Assembly: GCF_001194135.2 (NCBI RefSeq)
Contig: NC_068990.1
Coordinates: forward strand, 83,987,502-84,029,607
Reading direction: 5' to 3'
DNA: 42,106 nucleotides
Source: Octopus bimaculoides
Taxonomy: Eukaryota
Numbering within the stretch: the first letter of the stretch is position 1; each line of letters begins with the position of its first letter. The position numbers and the translations under genes are program-made. Of this stretch, positions 36,263 through 42,106 are shown in pieces. The notes under the pieces are model-generated. The model was not told the DNA's origin and did not search any database. It saw only the letters and a list, made by a program, of their open reading frames with translations.

Positions 36263-37532
36263 TAAATTGGTCAGTTATGACAGCTTTCGTTCTTCGCTTT
36301 TATAATGTTTTCTTTATATCTCAATTTGTAACAAACATTGTATCTTTCTAGTTAAAATCTATTTCTGTCTCTCATCGTAGAGAATATCTTCCTTGTTTTT
36401 GTTAGAAGTGAATGATTGCCTCCAATGTGAAATTCTATGAAGCTTCAACAAAATGCTAAGTTATTATAGGCTATAAATGTGTTAATTGCTATAATATTGG
36501 TGGATCTCCATCGTTTGACGAAGAGGATTTAGTTGTTCGATCAACTCAATTACTTGTTCCTGAATTTACTGAATTTACAACGGCGTATACTTAGTATCAG
36601 TCTAATATGCATCTTTTCTGATTTTTATTAAACTTATGCGGATTAGATTCTACAGAATGTTCCATATTGGTAATTACATTTGTTGAGAAGTTCAAAAAGA
36701 TTAGAACTTGTTTCCTTTCAATCTGTAATATGAGCACGTGGGCGAATTCTTCCACGCTCCCTCGGGTACTATTTGGACAGACAGTGTGGCAAGTGTGAGA
36801 CCATTTGTAGCTCGTCTTGCTGACATATGTCTCGCCTCTCAATATCCCACCAAAGACTGCTAATGAAGTCAATGGTATAATGAAATATACGTCGTTAATC
36901 TTTTGTATTCTAGTATCATAGATATGGCTGATAAATCAAATCATCTAGATAGGTGATGCTACAGTCAATTCATAGGTCACAAATCAGCTTTGAACGAACC
37001 TGAAAAATTATCACAAGTTTCAAATGAAGTGAAATTGGTTCCTTGGGAAATCAAAATTGAGCTTCACCCAAGACAGAAAATTGACGAAGAGTAAGGCTTG
37101 TAGTAACAGAGATCGATGATGAACCAGAAGAGAGGTTAGAGAAAATTTTCGTCATGGCTCTGAGGATTCTGGATATAAAGTCAAACGGAATATTTCTTTT
37201 GTTGTCGTTGATTCCGTGTAGGATGCAGTATTCATGATTCAAGATCTTAGTTTCGATTCCCAGACCGACCAGTGTGTTGTGTTCTTGAGAAAAACATTTC
37301 ATTTCACGATGTTCTGCGATTACTTCAGCATATGAAGTGTGATAAACCGTGCACCTTCACAGGTATATGTCGATTTGATGGAGGGCGTAAGCCTATTTGA
37401 AGTACAAACACCTGATCTCTAGAAGCAAATTTGTGCAGACAATAATGAACTGTGAAATAATAAACACGATTGCTTTAAAAGTGTGTTTTGTTTGGTTATG
37501 AAATCTATTTCTCTGCATTACTGAACATATTA

Positions 37533-37910
37533 GCGGAGGTGCAATGGCCCAGTGGTTAGGGCAGCGGACTCACGGTCATAGGATCGCGGTTTCGATTCCC
37601 AGACCGGGCGTTGTGAGTGTTTATTGAGCGAAAACACCTAAAGATCCACGAGGCTCCGGCATGGGGATGGTGGCGAACCCTGCTGTACTCTTTCACCACA
37701 ACTTTCTCTCACACTTACTTTCTCTTTCTGTCGTGCCTGTAATTCAAAGGGTCAGCCTTGTCACACTGTGTCACGCTGAATATCCCTGAGAACTACGTTA
37801 AGGGTACACGTGTCTGTGGAGTGCTCAGCCACTTGCACGTTAATTTCACGAGCAGGCTGTTCAACTGGAACCCTCGACGTTGTAAGCGACGGAGTGCCAA
37901 CAACAACAAC
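37533..37910 (+). mobile_element. Full-length SINE family C copy with 13-bp TSD and (CAA)n tail
   Basis: TSD ACTGAACATATTA at 37520-37532 and 37911-37923. The A box is TGGCCCAGTGG and the B box is GTTTCGATTCC. Confidence 0.92.
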
Positions 37911-38179
37911 ACTGAACATATTAAAGTAATTCTTGACGATAATGCTTAAAAGTCGCCTGTATGTGTGTGCTAGACAGGTTAAAAAACAAAGAAAACATAT
38001 TTTTTAAGAATAATTTTTGTACACATTTTCTAATTAAATAAGTACAATAACTATGAAAATGATATTGTAACTCTTAGGTAATAAAAATAATGACAAATGT
38101 GCTATAAAATTATTTGCGCATAAATTAATTTGAGATTTCTGCAATCTTGTTGTCAAACGATTGGACAAGAATCGGCACA

Positions 38180-38247
38180 CATTTTCCATTAGGAGTTATT
38201 TGGTCATCATCCTCATTTTCCATTAGGAGTTATTTGGTCATCATCCT
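38180..38247. repeat. Perfect 34-bp tandem duplication
   Basis: CATTTTCCATTAGGAGTTATTTGGTCATCATCCT occurs twice. Confidence 0.95.
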
Positions 38248-38315
38248 CATCATCATAAATCATCTGATTAACTAAATAGATGTTAATATTTTTTTTTGTT
38301 TTTTTTTGTTTTCTT

Positions 38316-38496
38316 AAGGCTATGATCAAGCAGAATCATTAGCACACCAGGTAAAATGCATTTTGTTCGTCGTCTCTACGTTCTGAGTTCAAATTCCGCC
38401 GAAGTCAACTTTGCCTCGATAACATAAGTACCAGTCTAGCACTGAGTCCGAGTAATCGATTTACACCCTCCTCGCCTTGTGCCAAAATCTGAAGTC
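38316..38496 (+). mobile_element. SINE family A copy with internal deletion
   Basis: GCAGAATCATTAGCACACCAGG...CGTTCTGAGTTCAAATTCCGCCGAAGTCAACTTTGCC...CCTTGTGCCAAAAT. Confidence 0.75.
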
Positions 38497-39956
38497 AATT
38501 TTTTTTTTCTTTTTTCTGTTAATGATATTGTTGACTATTAAAGGTCTTTGTTCAAAAAATTTTCTGAAAGGAAATTGACACTTTAACCCGTAATTCTGTG
38601 GCATTCAAACAATACTAATATTGTTAAAAGACCAAAGTTTCCGAGTGCCCTACATACGTGAAGCAGGCTTGCAAGCATATATGCACCCACACTTGAAAAG
38701 TTGACCTCTTTCGTTTGAATATTTTAAGCTACAGATGCAGACATATATATATATATGTCGATTATTCTTTCACCCTCTTGGATGATGTGTGTGTTTTGCT
38801 AATAATGGTATTGGTGATGGCAATAATGCGACCCTGATGAGATGGAGTATCCAGAAATTTGTAATATGTTGTAATTTGTTGTAATTTGTTACAATATTTT
38901 ACGAGACATCTTATGATGTGGTTTATTTTTCCGGGATACCCTATTGAAATGTGCATAGGTTTGGTTTATTGTGGTTGTTTCTGTTATTATTATAATTGTT
39001 GCTGCAATAAAGTATCTTCAATGCATTGATTTTGAGCTCTATCCTTTAAGAGACATGTATACATATATATNNNNNNNNNNNNNNNNNNNNNNNNNNNNNN
39101 NNNNNNNNNNNNNNNNNNNNNNNNNNNNNNNNNNNNNNNNNNNNNNNNNNNNNNNNNNNNNNNNNNNNNNNNNNNNNNNNNNNNNNNNNNNNNNNNNNNN
39201 NNNNNNNNNNNNNNNNNNNNNNNNNNNNNNNNNNNNNNNNNNNNNNNNNNNNNNNNNNNNNNNNNNNNNNNNNNNNNNNNNNNNNNNNNNNNNNNNNNNN
39301 NNNNNNNNNNNNNNNNNNNNNNNNNNNNNNNNNNNNNNNNNNNNNNNNNNNNNNNNNNNNNNNNNNNNNNNNNNNNNNNNNNNNNNNNNNNNNNNNNNNN
39401 NNNNNNNNNNNNNNNNNNNNNNNNNNNNNNNNNNNNNNNNNNNNNNNNNNNNNNNNNNNNNNNNNNNNNNNNNNNNNNNNNNNNNNNNNNNNNNNNNNNN
39501 NNNNNNNNNNNNNNNNNNNNNNNNNNNNNNNNNNNNNNNNNNNNNNNNNNNNNNNNNNNNNNNNNNNNNNNNNNNNNNNNNNNNNNNNNNNNNNNNNNNN
39601 NNNNNNNNNNNNNNNNNNNNNNNNNNNNNNNNNNNNNNNNNNNNNNNNNNNNNNNNNNNNNNNNNNNNNNNNNNNNNNNNNNNNNNNNNNNNNNNNNNNN
39701 NNNNNNNNNNNNNNNNNNNNNNNNNNNNNNNNNNNNNNNNNNNNNNNNNNNNNNNNNNNNNNNNNNNNNNNNNNNNNNNNNNNNNNNNNNNNNNNNNNNN
39801 NNNNNNNNNNNNNNNNNNNNNNNNNNNNNNNNNNNNNNNNNNNNNNNNNNNNNNNNNNNNNNNNNNNNNNNNNNNNNNNNNNNNNNNNNNNNNNNNNNNN
39901 NNNNNNNNNNNNNNNNNNNNNNNNNNNNNNNNNNNNNNNNNNNNNNNNNNNNNNNN

Positions 39957-40003
<47 letters not shown>

Positions 40004-40217
40004 CAGAGACAGAGAGACAGGGAGAGAGAGAGAGAGAGTTTACATTTAATAGGAGAAATCTAAGGGAACAATCACAATTACAATATAGCTAAATGTTGCT
40101 TAAGCGTCCCAGGAAATAATCCTGGGATAGTAAGACTTATTTAGTAGACAATATTAAAATATAAAAAGGAGACGAACGCTCGAGATGTTGTTAATCTATT
40201 TATATCATGGTTGCAGA

Positions 40218-40608
40218 CCGAAGTGCAGGTGCAATGGCCCAGTGGTTAGGGCAACGGACTCGCGGTCATAGGATCGTGGTTTCGATTCCCAGACCGGGAG
40301 TTGTGAGTGTTTATTGAGCGAAAAACACCTAAGAGCTCCACGAGGCATCCAGCAGGGGGATGGTGGGGAACCCTGCTGTACTCTTTCACCACAACTTTCT
40401 CTCACTCTTCCTGTTCCTGTTGTGCCTGTAATTCAAAGGGCCAGCCTTGTCACACTCTGTGTCACGCTGACTTTCCCTGAGAACTACGTTAAGGGTACAC
40501 GTGTCTATGGAGTGCTCAGCCACTTGCACGTTAATTTCACGAGCAGGCTGTTCTGTTGATCGGATCAACTGGAACCCTCGTCGTCGTAAGCGACGGAGTG
40601 CGAACACA
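40218..40608 (+). mobile_element. Full-length SINE family C copy with 17-bp TSD
   Basis: TSD TATATCATGGTTGCAGA at 40201-40217 and 40609-40625. Confidence 0.92.
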
Positions 40609-41445
40609 TATATCATGGTTGCAGAACGAAATACCGCGTCCCTCCAAGTCATTAGTTGGTTGGTACAGTTGTTGTTGTTGTTGTTGCTTAGTCAATAACC
40701 ACTGATGGAGCAGAGATCTAGTCATTCTATCCGTGACGATCCCGAATATTTGTCGTTACAACCTAGTGCATCAAGGAGTACAATGTTTTATATGCCTTTC
40801 TCTTTTTAAGATGGTAGGAGGTGTAATTTGAGGGAGATGATTTAGTTCCATTTTTTTAACAGATTAAACGACCGTTTAGAGACCTTGTCGTTGCCTCGTG
40901 AATTGAGGAAACTTACTTGTAATTTCTAGCGAGTATAACGACCACGTACAGGGGTTTTTTATTGATTCCTTAACTGAGAGACTTGGTTGCTGTTTCTAGC
41001 AGGACAAGCAACCACGTTGTCACATCCTTGTTGGCTGGTGATTTAGCTATTATTTCTAGCAACTAAAACGACCAGTTAGAGATTCCCTAGGTTCTTCATG
41101 CACCGAGGGCTATTTGGAAGTGGTCACTCTTGTAAATAGAGTGACCACTTCAGGGCTCTTTTGTTTTCTTGTCTCGTGAATTGGAGGAGATTTTAGCTAT
41201 TAATTAGCCTTTATCAATCATTTAAATTTAGCTGCTAGTTCTAGCGGATTTATTAAGTACGAGGAACCGCCTTCATTGACTCGTTATTGCCATAAGTATC
41301 ATAGAATGTAAAACCACTGCACCTTAATTTCAGTGTCCTCAGAAGAATATTGTCCTTAAACAAACGTTTGTTCCAGATTTCTGATAGCTGTCGAAACCTG
41401 ATAACAATTTATCGCCCGCATTTCATATATATATGTATGTGTGTA

Positions 41446-41454
<9 letters not shown>

Positions 41455-41543
<89 letters not shown>

Positions 41544-41567
41544 TGTGTGTGTGTGTGTGCGTGTGTG
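41455..41567. repeat. (GT)n microsatellite
   Basis: Direct reading. Confidence 0.97.
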
Positions 41568-41651
41568 TTATTATATATAATAATAACATATAAAATACAT
41601 ACTTATTATATGCATATGTCCACATATGTGTGTGTGTGTGAGTGTGTGTGT

Positions 41652-41957
41652 AACTGGTACTCCGTCGCTTACGACGACGAGGGTTCAGGTGATCCGATCA
41701 GCGGAACAGTTTGCTCGTGAAATTAACGTGCAAATGGCTGAGAACTCCACAGACACGTGTAGCCTTAACGTAGTTTTCGGAGAGATTCTACGTGAAGCAG
41801 AACGAGGCGCGGCTGGCCCTTTACTATACAGCTCAATGGACTGGGGTAACGTGAAATAAGGTGGCTTGTTCAAGTAAACACTGCACCGCCGGGAATCGAA
41901 CTGAAGGCCTAACGATCATGAGCCGGATGCCTTAACCTTTAAGCCAGGCACCTTCAC
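41652..41957 (-). mobile_element. SINE with a family C 3' region but a different tRNA-like head
   Basis: 41655-41825 matches the family C tail. 41850-41957 reverse reads GTGAAGGTGCCTGGCTTAAAGGTTAAGG...GTTCGATTCCCGG...CTTGAACAAGCCACCTTATTTCACG, unlike the family C head. Confidence 0.7.
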
Positions 41958-42106
41958 TATACGGGGTGGGTCAAAATGAGTAGTATTTATTGTATGTTTG
42001 ACTGTGAGAAAAAAAAAATTTTTTACAAATGTTCTCTGCCTTACAAAAACAATATCAGCTAAGCAAATGACCTTTAATGCAGCGAAAACTCTGTAACATA
42101 TTCAGA

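Larger units (their letters stand above)
918..39956. other. Assembly gaps (N): 918-1561, 2685-2706, 8482-8760, 12091-12181, 15696-16276, 17165-17251, 23528-23583, 24441-24761, 25686-25940, 32849-33023, 39071-39956
   Basis: N runs, mostly flanked by microsatellites. The coordinates bracket all gaps rather than one continuous feature. Confidence 0.99.

Noticed and set aside
812-40092. Long ORFs in the track filled with X (e.g. 812-1624, 8242-8961, 15471-16394, 24240-24969, 25492-26250, 38971-40092)
   Set aside because: They stay open only because N runs contain no stop codons; the flanking residues are microsatellite translations.
5026-41720. ORFs of poly-(CV), (HT), (YI), (MYVC), (ER) or (LS)
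   Set aside because: These are direct translations of CA/GT, TA, CATA/TATG and GA/CT microsatellites, with no independent coding evidence.
3744-41957. tRNA-like A/B boxes as tRNA genes
   Set aside because: Each is the head of a multi-copy SINE with body, tail and often a TSD; I could not build a complete cloverleaf.

Overview
Eukaryotic, AT-rich, repeat-dominated draft-assembly DNA with 11 N gaps. The dense microsatellites and SINE families suggest a coleoid cephalopod such as Octopus; that is inference, not verified. There is no prokaryotic operon structure, CRISPR array, rRNA or credible tRNA gene. The only confidently identified host coding sequence is a 70-codon ATG-containing exon of a PLAC8/cornifelin/plant-cadmium-resistance (DUF614) family gene on the minus strand (14188-13979). 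It ends in a GTAAGT donor, and its C-terminal exon was not found in the sequenced bases. Decayed mobile elements include a DD37D (maT-type) transposon, a mariner, a Tc1 N-terminal fragment, a 5'-truncated non-LTR retrotransposon with a restriction-like endonuclease (REL; R4/Dong-like), a probable solo LTR with a 4-bp target-site duplication (TSD), and many tRNA-derived SINE copies from three main families. Structures not explained by these: an exact YY1 consensus plus ETS-like motif at 11595-11630 suggesting an antisense gene start, a degenerate but frame-preserving 39-bp (13-codon) array, a head-to-tail duplication upstream of the PLAC8 exon, and perfect inverted repeats. Nearly all long ORFs in the supplied track are artefacts of microsatellites or N runs. 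I found no clearly novel biological system; the 39-bp array and the possible antisense gene overlap are the best leads.
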